Shown: piece after piece, positions 38,190 through 51,640 of the stretch
Position numbering within the stretch: position 1 is the stretch's first letter
Layout: each line of letters begins with the position of its first letter
From: Raillietiella orientalis
Lineage: Eukaryota
Length of the DNA: 64,000 nt
Direction of reading: 5' to 3'
Assembly (NCBI GenBank): GCA_036172245.1
Contig: JAYWIR010000043.1
Span: 558,001 to 622,000, forward strand
Position numbers and translations under genes: made by a program
The notes under the pieces: generated by a model
Seen by the model: the letters and a program-made list of their open reading frames with translations, nothing else
What the model was told of the DNA's origin: nothing
Database searches by the model: none

Positions 38190-38640
38190 CCACAGTCAGC
38201 ACGTCTTCCGCCAGCCTCCATCAGTTGACATAGGGATGGTCTCTATGACTCCCAACGATTAAGAGCCTGTGGAAACCGCTCTCGTTGCGTGATCGCAGGT
38301 CTCGTTGTGGCCTTCAGTTCAAGAGTCAGCGCGGCGCTCCTCAGCATGAAGGCATGTACAAACAAACATGGCTGAAGAATTTTCTGGTTACTCTTCCCCT
38401 GGTGTAGACTGTAGGTTTCATCTGAGGCGTTGCCGACTGAGCAGTCGTTCACCGTGCGATAGGCTTCTTTCTGAGTTGTTATCAGAAACAGTGCTGCCAA
38501 TGTACTGTGTCTAGCAGGGATCCCAGAGCACTGTGCAGGTCAGCAAATGGCGCATCGGGACGCATAGCAAGGTCGTCTAAGAGAAGCAATTTCGGGCCCC
38601 TGAGTGAGGTCAGTAAATGAAAATGGGTCCATCTTTTTGC
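38190..38640 (-). mobile_element. Possible decayed Ty3/gypsy gag-like fragment
   Basis: Ordered weak motifs FHLLTSL, AYRTVND...DETYSL, ELKATTRPAITQRERFPQAL, RPS..QL resemble the gag pattern V.D..PY..LK..L..S.RER..QLL..LGDRKPS; stops and frameshifts present. Confidence 0.28.
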
Positions 38641-41600
38641 GACGCATGCACGACACACAACTTCGTGGCAGGATTTGTTTCCCAGCTTCTTTTTTTGCTT
38701 TCCAGTTGCAGCTCCAGTCATTCGTTGCTGCACCCATGGATAAAGTGACCCAAAGAAAGGACAAGAAATGATCTACTCGGGAACCAGTGTCCTTCATTTC
38801 CTTCACGAGGAGTACGACGCATTGTCTCCATATGCAGCTGGTGACGTGAGATGGAGTCTCAAGGCATTATGGACCAGTTACAAGAAACCCAATGACTCGC
38901 ATGCCTTTCTCGATGTAAACTCTTCGCAAGTATATCTTCCCCCGAGCGCTAACTCGGTCCACCCTGTCATTCTTCTTCACTTAATTGTTCTCATCTGTCA
39001 ACCCCATTCCATGAATCTCACGTGGAAAAAAAAAAAAACCACGTTTGCTCCTTCCCCTTGTGAGAAAGTGATGTGGTTCGGTACAGCGTTGTTGGTTATT
39101 CTTATAGAAAGTTCGGTACAGTGCTGTATGCATGTTGTAGGAACAACAGATGTCTGTCTACAAACTGGCGAGAAATTCCATCATCATTTTGAATCTGGAA
39201 CCGAAGCGTCCTCCCTGTTTTCTGATGTTTTTCGCTTAATTCGCTCGTGACAGCGAGCGTCCATCTCATTAATTCGAACCCTAATGAGCCGCCTGCCTAT
39301 CGTCGAAAGCGTCCTCGCGCTGCTCTCACAAGCTGCAAGTCCGAAAGAAATGAGCCGCAGCTTCACGGAAGAGGTTTCATCAACAGGGATGCGGATGAGC
39401 ATTTTCCGAGCTGCCAGGCACAGCATCGGTTTCCCATCTTACGGAAAGATTTCTCGAATTCACTCCTGTCGCAATCAGGGATTTTCCTGGAGGACATGGT
39501 TCCGCCGGAGTCGCAGCCGACGATGGCCCCAACTCGTTCACTCGCAAACATCAGTGAGGTTCCTCGGTCATGCAATCCGAGTAATCGCCAAGGATGGAGG
39601 AGGAGGTTCTGAATGCATGGGAGAAGATTTCTTCGAAAGCATCTTCTCTGGCGCTCGGACTGCACGTTTGACGATGGAGATCCTCACATCCGGACTTTCC
39701 CATAAAGACTGCTCTGCCTTGTGCTCCTTGTGGTCGTCCGGTTTTTTCCCAAGTGGAGGTTCGCAGTCGGACGCCGGCGTGTTCCCACTGCCCGTGCTGA
39801 AATCCTTTTCCTTTGAGGCTCTCGGGGATGCGGTGTTCTACAGGAATAAGATGAGCTCTATAAGGAACACGTGCAGGAGGCTGCAGCAGTCCAAAGTGAC
39901 GGAAACGGAGTTGCAGTGAAACGCGTTCAGGTGGCTAACGTCAGAGGAGGAGGCATAATCTCTTCCTCGAGGCTCTTGCTCCTCTTCGGGAACGGCCTCT
40001 CCCAGGCACACGGCGTCGTCAAATGTTCTCAGTTTTCTTTGCAGCTCTTCCCCGAAATTCGTCATTATAGGTTACCTCCCTTTCTGCTGTGAGTAAAATG
40101 AACACGAGGTTGTTTAGGGATACAATGCAGGGGCTTCCCTTGAAGCCACTCCGCAGCCATGCAGCGAATCTGAAATTAAGCTGAGGAGGGTATCTCTGAG
40201 ACCGCCAAAACCAAAAGCACCAGACGCTCCTTTCCAAATAAGAAATGTTCCTTCATCCTATCTCGAAGCAGTCTGCTGTCCTTTGCTGCTTTCAAGATAG
40301 CTTGCTTGATTTGCCTGCTCTCCTCCCCAATTTTCTTTCGTCCATCGCATGTGAGATTCTCGTCCTAATCATTTCGAAACTGCTTATTCAGGGTATGTCT
40401 TGTACAGTATGTATAACAAGGAACCCCGAGACCAACTGGAATGAGATCGTATTCTCTGCTTCGTAAGAACGATTATATAAAACTCAACACGCTTTCTTTT
40501 GTCCCTTTGGCTGTTTTAAGTAGCCACGATCCAGCAGAGCATCTTGCATTGCAGGGAGGAAGTTCCTCCTGAAGGCTGTAAAGCCCTCCTGCTTCTCAAA
40601 TTCCATTTAGATCGCTAGAGTGGGTCGTCTTTGGGAAGGGTCTTGCGAGTCCCCGAGTTCCGAGAAGCCGAGCTTTGATGCCCTCGATAGCGGCTGCGAT
40701 GGCAGGTCCGGATGCTCGTCGAAGTCAGCTCCCGGGGAAACGAGACCGCAAGTCGCGCAGGAGGTGAAAAAAACGGTCTCGGGACTTTGTGGAGGCTTCC
40801 GGCTATCTGAGGAGTCACCTTCTCTCACTTGGCTTATGGAGAAAGAAATCGAGTTGGAAACTCGAGCCGGTCAGACGTCTCCCACATCTGAGTTATCCTG
40901 AGGATCCGACGCCGTGCTCCTATCAGCAGCGCGTACGTGGGCGCAGGTACGGAGTGTGTTGTTCTTTGGAGACCTCATTTGGGTCGGCCAACACCTCGAA
41001 GAAGGCATGAGGACATCGTTCTGAAGGTCTTTCGGCGGAATGCATGTTTGAAGGAGGGTCTGTTCCTCCTTAGTTTCCTTTTGCCTGATGGAGGAGGGAG
41101 ACCACTGGGAAGGAGAGGTTTGGCTGTCTGGGATGAAGGATTTCTTGTTTCCTGGCAACAGACCTTCCGGCGATGAAGCGGAGGAAGAACGGGAAAAGTG
41201 GGTGGGGTGGGTCATGTCTAGGCGTTTTTCTAAAAGATGGATTTGTGAGCCGTCCTTCTCTGCCGCCCCCGAAGGGTGTGGCATAAGAAAGCGACGCACG
41301 CTCGCGCCACATTCCGTACGTCATTCTCACTTCTCCAGGCCTATTCCAATTTCGCCAGTCTCTTTGACCCCCTTCTCACTCGCCGTACACGGGGAGAGAG
41401 GGAAGGATGCAAAAGATCCTGAACTCTTTTTGATTTGTTGCTCAAGAAGATTCGGACGATGGCAAGCTGCGCGCGAAGGACGAAGTCATCAGAAAAAAAG
41501 GCATCGGGCGTGACGTCATCCTTCCCTTCGTTCTTTTCCTTCCATTGTCTCTTTTCCGACCGTCGAAGGATATTAATCTTCGATCTTCGTGGCATGCATA

Positions 41601-41984
41601 TACGTCCTCCTCAAACACCCCAACCCCAACCCCCCCCAGAGGCAAGGTCCACACAGATGGACGGTGCACCTGATGCGGGATCTCGAAATCCTTGCTGCCA
41701 AGCAGACTCCCGACAGTGCGCTGCTTTTCGCAGGGTTCCCTCTCTGGTCAGAAGCCGCCACTCCAGCATCCTGGGAGGAAGCAAGAGCTCGGCTGGTCGC
41801 CGAGACGGAGTACCACTTCGCTCCTCCTTCCTTGCTTCCTTTTCTTGGAGGGCAACAAAGGTTGGGACAGAATGGACTTCCCACTGGAGCACGAAGCCGG
41901 GGTGCGAAATTCGGGATCAAACCCTTGCTTCACGTCCCCTGATGGGGATGTTTCCTTCGGGATGAAGAAGCACTTGGAGAGCCA

Positions 41985-42315
41985 GTGAAGGAAAAGGTGG
42001 ATGGGAGTGTTGAAAACGGGAAGGAAGGACAAAGAGAAAGACTGAAAGAGCACGGGGTAAGAAGCAGAAATAAAAAGAGGTAGAGGAACACAAGAAACGG
42101 GGGAAGGGGAGAAGGGGAGGAACCTAGCAAGACATGGGCGACTGAAAAGAAAGGATCAAAAAAAGGCAAGAAAAGAAACAAAAGAAAATCGACAAGGAAG
42201 GTGAAAAGTCAGTGAAGAAGAAGAAGAAAATGGCAAAAGGCAGATGAAAGGAGGAGGAAGCGAGGAGGGTAGAAGAAGAGGCAAAAAAAGAAGAAAATGG
42301 CAGAAAGCAAGAGGG
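41985..42315. repeat. Purine-rich (A/G) low-complexity tract
   Basis: Mostly A/G on the + strand, with repeated aagaagaaaatggca. Confidence 0.75.
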
Positions 42316-45300
42316 AACGATCCGAGATCCATTTTGCCGAAGCAGGGTACGTCTTACTTGGGATGTGGTTCAAAGTGGGACTATTGATGTGTCTTCACGT
42401 ACTGCAGTCAGCATCCGGTGCTTCTCTGGAAAACCCATGGAGACTTTGAAGCGCAGGCGATTCGCTCATCCGCTCCCACTGAAACATCTGATTGAAACAT
42501 ATTTTCGACTTCACCAGATCTCTGATCAGGCACGTGACCCAGCCCCCACTCACTCCTAGGGGCCGTTTAGGGAGTGGAGGTTCAGAACTTGGGCCAGCAA
42601 TGAGGAGCTTCCTCTGCTGCTTATCACGTCGCAGTTCGACTGCCTAGGTCTAGGAGCAATGAGTCAAAAGAGAGGTAAGGATCCAAAGAGAGTGGCTGGG
42701 CGGCCAATGGTGCGTTTGCTCTTCCACGAAATAAGCAGAGGGTGCACGAGAGAGTGGAGACAAGAACCAAGTCATGGCAACGGCGGAATCAGGATCGTCT
42801 CACTTCAAGATCTCAGAAACAAACATCCACACCTTCCGGAAGCGCAAGGTGGGATGAATCTTTATGGAAGTCAGTGGAGAGGAAAGAATCACAGGACCTG
42901 TCAGATAGTAAGGATGGCAACAGGAACAAACCAGGAAGTGGAAGAGCGATGCAACTCCCTGACCACTGCTATGCGCAGCTACCAATTACGTTGGAATTCT
43001 TGCTGTTCGGAAGACCTGAAAGACCCTTCGTTCGCACCACTTCCGGTAGTGGAGTGGGGAGATGAAGCAGGCAGGAGACCGTATTCGATCGATGCTGAAT
43101 ATGAAAACAGCGGGGCGAAGAATCTCCAGGTGTACACTGTGAGGATCAAGAGGACCTTTTGCGAACTGTCAGGAGATGGCGCTGGGTGCCCGTGCGAGCG
43201 TCGCTCCTCCTCCATGGTTTGTTTCGTTTCGGGAAGAGAAAGGATGAAAACTAGAAGGAAGGAGGGTGGAGAGGAAGCACCGTAAGACGAGGATAATTTT
43301 TGGTGCGCGCAAAGGGAGGGTTAACCACTCTCTGGGGGTGCGTAAACTTCCAGAGCAGTAGAAGGTTAAGGGGGCATCGGCTCAGGGCATGCAAGGTGGC
43401 ACCAAAAGAGTCCTTGCGTGTCCTTGCGGGCAAGTTCGGAACGTGTTCACCTCCCTTGGACAGCTCGACCCTCACACGTGGGACGTCCCTCCGCGTCCAG
43501 CATGACCTGCACGGGTGAAAACTCTCTGCCTTTCCTGCTCTCTCTTCCGTCCAGAAAAAGAAAAAGCAGAAATCCCAGACTATGACTTCGGTAGGAAAAT
43601 GAGCAGCCGCAGAGATTCCATCCCGGCCATGCAAATTCGATCAAGTGGATCAAGTGGACTCGACGAGGAAGTGGGTTGCTTCAGTGAAGGGGTGCTTTCT
43701 CCGAAGGCAAAGGATGACCGTTAGAGGATGCTCGGAAGAGAGCCACGTGGGATGCGCGAACACCATCTAGAAAAACGGCCCTCAAACGAGCGTCTCACCA
43801 CAGACTGATTCGAGTTCACCTCGCGGGATGTGCTCGACTGCTTTTTTTATGCAAATAGGAGGTCCTTGAATAGCACCCCTTAGGCACCCAGAGGCCGATT
43901 TATCCTTACATAGCCTCGGGAGCTTCAGCGGAGCATCTGCAGGCTGGAAAAAGCTCACGACACTCGCCAGTTGTCATGAGAACAGATGTCGACAGCGAAT
44001 GGAGGACTGACTTCTTCAGGAGAAGGCACGGTCGATTCGGCGGTTCTCCACCCGACGTTTGGGAAACGCAACCTGGCAAAAGTTTCCCGTTGGTGCATTT
44101 CGCGCCGCGCCGTGTTTCGAAATCCCTGTCGGCAGCGACCACGATTCTGTCCCCACAATCTTCCTCCGATGCTTATGGGGGAAAAACGAAAGTCAACGGT
44201 GCCATCCAAAGCGCAAGAAGTAGTCAAAATGGCTTCCTCTGCCTGCCAGGAGGAGAATCCTCGTTCCAGTCCGAAGGACAAAACCGGAGTGTGGCAGAGA
44301 TGGAATGGGGGAGAAAGGAGGAGGAATAAGGGTTTCTCGGCAGTGACAGTGGGTTGAGGATGCTCGGCTGGGGATCTTTTGCAGAGTCTCCGTTCAGTTT
44401 CTCCTCCTTGTCGTGGATCGTGGGCGGAAAAAGAAACAAACATCAAACCCAAAACAAACACAGGGGGAAGGGAGAGCAGGATGGGGTTTTCGAGGAACTC
44501 TATCCGTCGATATCCTACTAAAGTGTTCTGGACCACTGAGTCGTAACCCGGAGGTATCACTTGGTTGTCGTATCCGCTCCGGAACGCTGCGCTGGTGTCA
44601 GCAGCGGATGGAACTGCTTGATGGAATATGGACAACATAGAGAGAGTGCCATCAGCTGCCTCCCACAACCGAACAGGATCCTTGGAAAGCAAGAAATTAA
44701 CAGGAGCTCTTGGAACTCCTTCTCATTCATCTTCAAAGTCTCCCCGTAGAGGTTGTGGAGAGAGAGGAGTTGTCTGATTAGGGAGGAGCAGAGAGGGCTT
44801 CTTCAGGCAGTTTTTTTCTGCAGATGGATTGGCTTTCTTCCCGAATTTGGAGGCACCCATCTCACGGCAGAGACGCGCGCGTGGAGCAGTGAGCAATTTC
44901 GGGTGATTTCGTTCCTGGAAGAAGGGGGATGGGGAGAGGGACACGGAGGTAGGTTGGACGAGCACTCGTTACGAGTTGTCCTTAAGCATCCTTATGCACT
45001 TGAAGAGGCAGCACCAACTCGGGACGACTGCCGGGCCCTGAGACTACGCAAGCTTGTTGCAAACAAAGTCGGGTTAGCATCGGATGTTTCCGTGTCTTCC
45101 AGGAACACAGCCGTGCCTCGAAGGTCAGACGTTCTCAAGAATAAACAGCCATTCCGAGGATACATGCATAGAGAACAAACTCGGCAGTGAAACCGAGGAG
45201 ATTCTGCAACCAGCTTCCATTTTCTTTTTTCTTTCTTGTCATGCTTCATGAGAAGGCCTCCTTTCCTACTCTCTAATTCCCATAATGCAACTGAGCTCGA

Positions 45301-47546
45301 TTTACGCATGACCGAGCAACGCAGCGGGATTAAACAATTCCCACGGGCAGTTAGGGTTCCCAAGGTTTCCCTGGAGATTGGACTGAAGATACCTACGATG
45401 GGCAAGCCTTATGAGTGCACGGCACGGCCGGATGAAAGTTGCAGTCCTCTTCAGGATTCTCCATCAATTCCTACATTTCCGATGCCCACTTCGTGGGGTG
45501 GCCGTTCAAGCTGAAGGGATGCTTTCGTGAAGAAGTGCAGCCATTCTGGATGCCTTTTCTTTGTTCATCAGTGATGGATGCTCATATGGGTGGACACAAG
45601 CCGAAACGAAGGTCTCCGTCAGAAGCGAGACTCCATCAGACGGAGTCTTTCAGTCAGTTTTCAAAGTCGGATGTGCCATTTCTCACACTCTCGAGGAGGA
45701 GGCTTGGTTGCTCGGGAAACGCTCCACGACTGCTATTCAGTAGTATAAGCATTCGTGGTATGCGCTTGTACAGGTACACGCACACATATGCTTGTAGATT
45801 GCATGATGGTTTGCACATACCTCTCTCGCTGTCACTTTATGCCCTGTGTGTGTGTCTGCACATATGTTGTCATACGTGCGAAGCTTTTGCGCTCGTCTCA
45901 TTTCCTGTTCACGCGTGCACGCGTGATGTCCATGCAAGGCAACTGTGCCATGGGCACTGTCGGATAAAGAAGAAGAAGAGGAAGACGAAGCAAAACAATG
46001 CTCAGATGAGGTGCATCCACCCACACGCATTCACAAGGAACATTCTAGCAACGGAACGCAGGGATCTCTTGAGCCAAAGTATAGCAAGGGAAAAAGTGTG
46101 GAAAACATAAACAGGAAGACCACATGCGAGTTCGCATTCCTCATTCTCGAGCATCATTCCACAAGTTCTAAGAATGGCCTTGGAAGGAGAAAAAGGCAAG
46201 AAAACAAATCATCAAGGGAAGGATGGAATCATCAGAATGAGGCATTTGTAAATAAGGGGGGATAATCATGTAAGTTTATTGTGACTGTTGGTCAGATTGT
46301 TTTCCTGAAGATGGGAGGAGGCTGATGGCTCGCCTTTCGGGCAAGGGAAAAGCAAAAAGGGTCCCTTTCATCCTGTCGATCCTCTCAGTCGTGGCCGAGG
46401 ATGGAATGAAGCCGGAAGATCCAGGTAATGAAGCCACTTCGTTTCCATGCTGATATGTCAGAACACCGAAAGACTGCCCACGGTCCATGGTTCGATGGAC
46501 TGTGGATTGAAGATGGATAGTGCGAAGCAAACAGTTATTTGGCCCGTGAACAGGGTATTTCCAGGTCTGTGCTCTTAATTTTTAGGTGCTCGATCTATGG
46601 AATTTACTTTTAGAAGCTCCTAAAACTACTTTTGATGTTTCTGCGGCAATTTTCGACGTGCAATGCAATCTTCAAGTATCTCCCAGTGGAGGACTTTCAA
46701 CATTTTGCGCACATTATCGGCGCTTCTGTCAGTCAGAAACACACTTTCTCACCTCGACCATAGACTAAACATTCTACAAAAGCAGCAGCATATCGTTCCT
46801 CGTGTGTGTCAAAAGACTCGGTTCTTAATCTGTGACGCTGTTCATTTCGTCAAGATCGATCGATTGAAACGAATTCATGAACAGAAAACTGAAACTCTAC
46901 CATTGTACGTTGGATTTGTGCACTGTACAAACTTTTTTTTTTTTTCCTTCAGTCCCTCCTGAATGTGTGGCGTTGGTGCTGTTGCCCAACCGCTGCTCCA
47001 TGGCATAGGTTTGTTACAAGCAAGGACTGACGTGGCCTGACATCTCTTGGAAGTATAGGAAGACATCGATTTTACGGGGGCTGCGGGAGAGGGGAAAAAA
47101 TCCCTATAGTGTCCGTGGCAATGTACTGCGCGTAAGTTACTTTGGTACGATAATGCCTCATTGAAATGGAACACTGCCAGGAAAATGGTTGGCAGTTCTA
47201 GTGTTTGGAGCCCTTGCTGCCGTCCTGGAGGTGTGGTCCATGGGAGTTCTTTCGTTGAATCTTCAAAAGGAAGAGGAAACGATCTTTTCCTGCAAAACTT
47301 CACGGTCATCTTTTCATCGTTCTTTGAGATGTGTCCACCTGTTGGAGACTGCACAGAGGGGTTTCGAGGATCCAAGAAGCAAAACAAGAACAAAACTGAT
47401 GTAAAGCTAACGTTCCTCCATTTCAACCCAATAGATCTGAAGGCCTCCTAAAGGCTATGGCAGATGATGGTTTGAGATGGTGATGATTTAAAGAATTCCC
47501 ACTGCCTTATTCCCATGCAAATGCCTTACTAGTTGCATCCTTAAAT

Positions 47547-47581
47547 ATACTTACTAGTTATTTGCAATAACTAGTAAGTAT
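47547..47581. repeat. Perfect AT-rich inverted repeat (16 bp stem, 3 nt loop)
   Basis: ATACTTACTAGTTATT-TGC-AATAACTAGTAAGTAT. Confidence 0.95.
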
Positions 47582-50500
47582 GTAATCACTCTCTCATTGC
47601 ATCAGCTTCTTGAAAACCATGTGGACACTTTGAGTCGCGAAAGGATCACTAATTAGCTTTCCTCTTCGCAAGGATTTATAATTAAGACTCAATGATTCGG
47701 AAGTAAACGTATCGAGCTGATTCAGGTGGAGTTGCGCTCCCAGTGCTCCAAAACTTTCCCTCTTTTGCTGCTTTCCCTGCCACAACTTCCAATAGAAGCT
47801 TACATTGGGATTGTTTTTCCTTCCATATGTCCTTTGCCTTTCTTCCCCTTTTTCCTACAAAATTGGAAAGGTCGCGGTGATTCTTGTGACCAGGAGAAAA
47901 AGTGCCCTCATCAGTGCTCAGTTATTTTTATCAGTAGTGTTCGCGATTTCTTCTCTTGGCGTCGTCGTCACATGTGATATGCAATGGCCCTTTTCTATTA
48001 TCAACATTATCTCGATCCACTGGGTGACGATTTTCACAGAGATCGCAATCATCTGCACTGCGGGATCGTCGGAGCACACTTCGCAAGTTGGTGCTCCGGC
48101 GAGTTCTCTCCTGCAGCTGCACATCTCGCTAAGGAAGAGCTGGAGGCACTCTCTGTACCATTTCCACATGGCCTGCAAGTCTCTAATTGGACTGAACTGG
48201 CAGATCGGTGCTTTTCCGGGTCCCGGAAGCGCCGGTGGGGCAGAGCACGTACAGTTGCACTTTGATGCCGATGGCTTTTCTTCCCCATCTTTTCAAGCTT
48301 CAAGAGGATTCTGAATCCCATTCCCTCCTTGAACTTGTGCTCCTTGAACTTGTGAACATTTCTGGGGCTGATCGATGACTACTGAATAAATGAAGTGCTT
48401 TTATTTATTTTTCTAGATGGAAGCAATGTCATCCGTGAAGGAAACTCGGCCTGATCTCCGGGAGGCCATCTCGAATCTGGACCTTAGAATCGCTTTCAAG
48501 AGTTCTCCTGTGGCTGTGTAGGATTGCGGGATGAGATCACGTGCTCGGAGCCTTCAGGATGCATCCCACTGGAGCGAAAATTAGGAGCTTGCATTCACTC
48601 ACGTGCGGAAAAAAGGCTGAGATCCACTTCTTTGGATCCCATTTGGTGGTTACCGTGCAAAGCGCTTCACTTTCTGTTAATCGCGCTAGTATGTGTAGAA
48701 CAACTCACTAGTAATTAAACTTGTTTCCAGAAGGTCACAAAGCCCAGCGAACATCACATATCCCAAGCCATTGGCACTAGGGAGATCTTCCAGGCTCAAA
48801 TCCCATGTGTGTGTTTGTGCTTTGGAAAGGATTTCAAGAGTGAAATGATAGCGACTAGGAAAGCAAATTGAGGCCATTCGTTCATCCTACACATTCGTGT
48901 TCCCTACACATTCGTGGGCTATCAAACGCACATTTTGCAGTGAATATGTGAATATGAAGTAGCCTAATAAAACTTCCTGATCCTCAACTCTGGTGATCTT
49001 CATATGAGCAGGGTGCACGCGAAAAATCGTTGAGATTTGAATTGCAGCATCAGAACCTCACTTTAAACAGTTGCAATCAATTATACTCTCATCCAAAAGC
49101 AGGGCTTACCATTTCGACTACAATTATCTTCCCACAGAATGGGTCAGCTGTTTGCGACATGAGTTGAATTTCAAATCACGTCCAGCAGAGATCGATTTGT
49201 ATTCGAGAATTCGTTATCTCCCTCTCATTGCACAGAACACGATCTCACATACCATCAGTGAGTGGGATTCGCCTTTTCCTGCCCGAACTCTTTCATCTGC
49301 TCCCAACAGCAACTACCGTTATCTGCTTTACCAAGACGCTGTCGCTTTCACCCGCAAATCGCTTGGGGAGTCTTCTAAGGTCTTGAAATTCCTCTTAGTG
49401 CTGTCCAGCTTCCCCACTTCTGAAGGAAGCCTACCTCTGCATGGAGAACTGCAGAGAAACTTCAGGGGCGACCTTTTTCCTGGAAGGCGCTGCGAGAAGA
49501 TTGCTGCAGACTGCGGCATCGATTTTGACATCTCAAAGCGCTTGGTTGCAGATGCATCCCAAATGATGCAGCTGTCTACTTATGAGGCGAGCCGATCTTT
49601 CCACGAAGATTGGCGCAAGGAAGGGAGCTTCCAAAATCGCTCCCGTTAAAATGGAGAATGGGAAATTTAGAAGCGAATGATTCCCCGCGACTCCAGGCCC
49701 TGCGGGAAGGCTCCGTTCTCAGGTCGCCTCTGCTGGAACATCGCGGGACGCCGCCAAGGACCAGAGAACAACGATCGGCAGAGCAGCGGCAGAGGGAGGG
49801 TGGCATCCCTCCCTCCCCCCTTCCCCATTCCCAGTTCAGGATGCTTGCGATCCATCTGAGCGGTCCGAGCGCGATCGCTCATCCGCCGCCGTAATCGCCG
49901 TCTTAGACAGCTGACACGGCACCGAACACGCGGATCACACATCAACCGTTCCCCACGTGATCTTTTCCACAGTGCACGGCTCCGCACATGAAACCCCACG
50001 TCTCGGAGCGATCACGCAATGTCCTTTTTGTTGGCGTTAAGAGGGGGGAAGAAAAAAGGACTTCGGCTCGGTTCCCGAACTTTCCGTCCGTTCAAACCGA
50101 AAAGCCCGCTTGAAGGACTTTCAGAGTCCAACGGATTCATTCCTCGTGCGGCACTTCACGGAAGGTTCAAAACAGCGAAAGAGCGACCAGGATGACTCCC
50201 GGTTCCTCCCGAGGAACCGGGAAACCTGACGACTGAGATGCAGCGCATCCGTGATTTTTCCTCCAAGGATCTGAGCTGGCACGAGCATCCCATAACCCTT
50301 GTTGCGAAAGTATCCATTCGAGCTCCTCCGTTTTTTCGAGTGGGAGCAGGGCGAAGGGACCGGGCAGAGCTCAAGTGCATCCCTCTAATTGAGTTCGACC
50401 TCGGCCACCTTCCAGAATGCGTGGTTCCTCCGCCATGCACCTCTTCGACTCGTCCGCATGCGTCATCCAGCAGCAGCAGCAACGTTGGTGAAGCAAAACA

Positions 50501-50939
50501 GGGTGGTAATGTTCCTCGAAAATGAAGGCGGGGACACGGACACGACATTGCCCGGGCAATTTCTGATCCGGACCGGTGAGTGGAACCGAATCCAAACAAG
50601 ATGAGTCGCCCCATCTCCCACAGCTCCCCACACCGCCCGGAACCCACAGAATCCTCGAGGCAGCTGCACACAAGGCCAAAGCGACACAAATCCAGTCGTG
50701 CCGGTTCCCCCACTTGCTTTTAAGTATCAGAAACACGTACGCCGTGGAAGCTTCCATGCCTGCGTGTGTTCGCGTTTGCTGCGTGTGACGTCTTACGTAT
50801 TCAGAACGCATAAGTGAAAACAGGTGGCACCTGAGTGACGCGTGAGAAGAGGTACGGAATCCACTCGGAGTCTGTGGACCAAGAAGTTCGTGCTGCATCG
50901 GAGTGATTCGAACCGTTCCACGGGCATCTTTCTCGGGCT

Positions 50940-51640
50940 CAGGGAACCCTGTCCACCTCGTGGCGGGATCCTGGCCCTCAACGGGAGTCTTGCCACTGCA
51001 GTTTGCCATTCTGTGGCCTAAATCAACACCCATCCACTTCTCGGCATTCGAAATGCTAATCTGTGCGAGTGAGAATCTGATCAGAATCCGTTTGCGGGAT
51101 CGCCACTTCTCCCGAGTGGTGACCCCAAGACGGACAAGGAGCAGCATAGAGATAACCCTCTCCTGCCATCCAAATGATTCAGATAAGACCATCTGCCCTT
51201 GCATATTCACATCCCAAAAAAGGAAATGTTTTTTTGTTTTCAATCTGAAATCTCCCTGCAATTCCAATTCACATCCGGCCCGAAGAACAGCACTTCTCCT
51301 TGCAAATGGCAGTCTCCGATAAGCATTCTCCATAAAGCATTCCATCCTCAGTTGGTACGATTTTCCCCACGTCCCACAAGGGGTGGGGCAAATTTATCTT
51401 CTTTTTCAAAACGTTCATACTGCAATTTTCATTCTTCCTATTTCAGCACTGTATTACCACTTTGAAGTCCTTTCGGGGTGTCACAAGTTCTGCATTCAGG
51501 GTGGGGTCCTCGTGGTTGTTTCCCGGGCGTCGTCCTCAATCCTCTTCAGGGTGTATCGGTACGACCAGGCCGGCACTCGTCCACAATTCCTGATTCCGAT
51601 CTCCTTCTGGATGAGTCGTTGCAGAATCTCCATCGGGGAC
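50940..51640 (-). mobile_element. Possible decayed RTE-clade non-LTR retrotransposon 3' part
   Basis: Ordered weak motifs QKEIGIR..AW, SESFGW..ML, RLGVTTREKWR, KW...GHR...KTPVEG..RW match post-RT RTE motifs in order; spacing is imperfect. Confidence 0.3.

Noticed and set aside
42659..43285. 208-aa ATG ORF
   Set aside because: No recognisable domain; only a faint LINE-linker-like phrase. Only its first 16 nt are kept, as a speculative exon.
48325..48914. Short tandem duplications (ctccttgaacttgtg x2; cctacacattcgtg x2)
   Set aside because: Ordinary slippage duplications with two copies each and no array structure.
50371..51345. 324-aa minus-strand ORF as an intact host gene
   Set aside because: No coherent domain; at best it overlaps a decayed RTE-like fragment, listed at low confidence.
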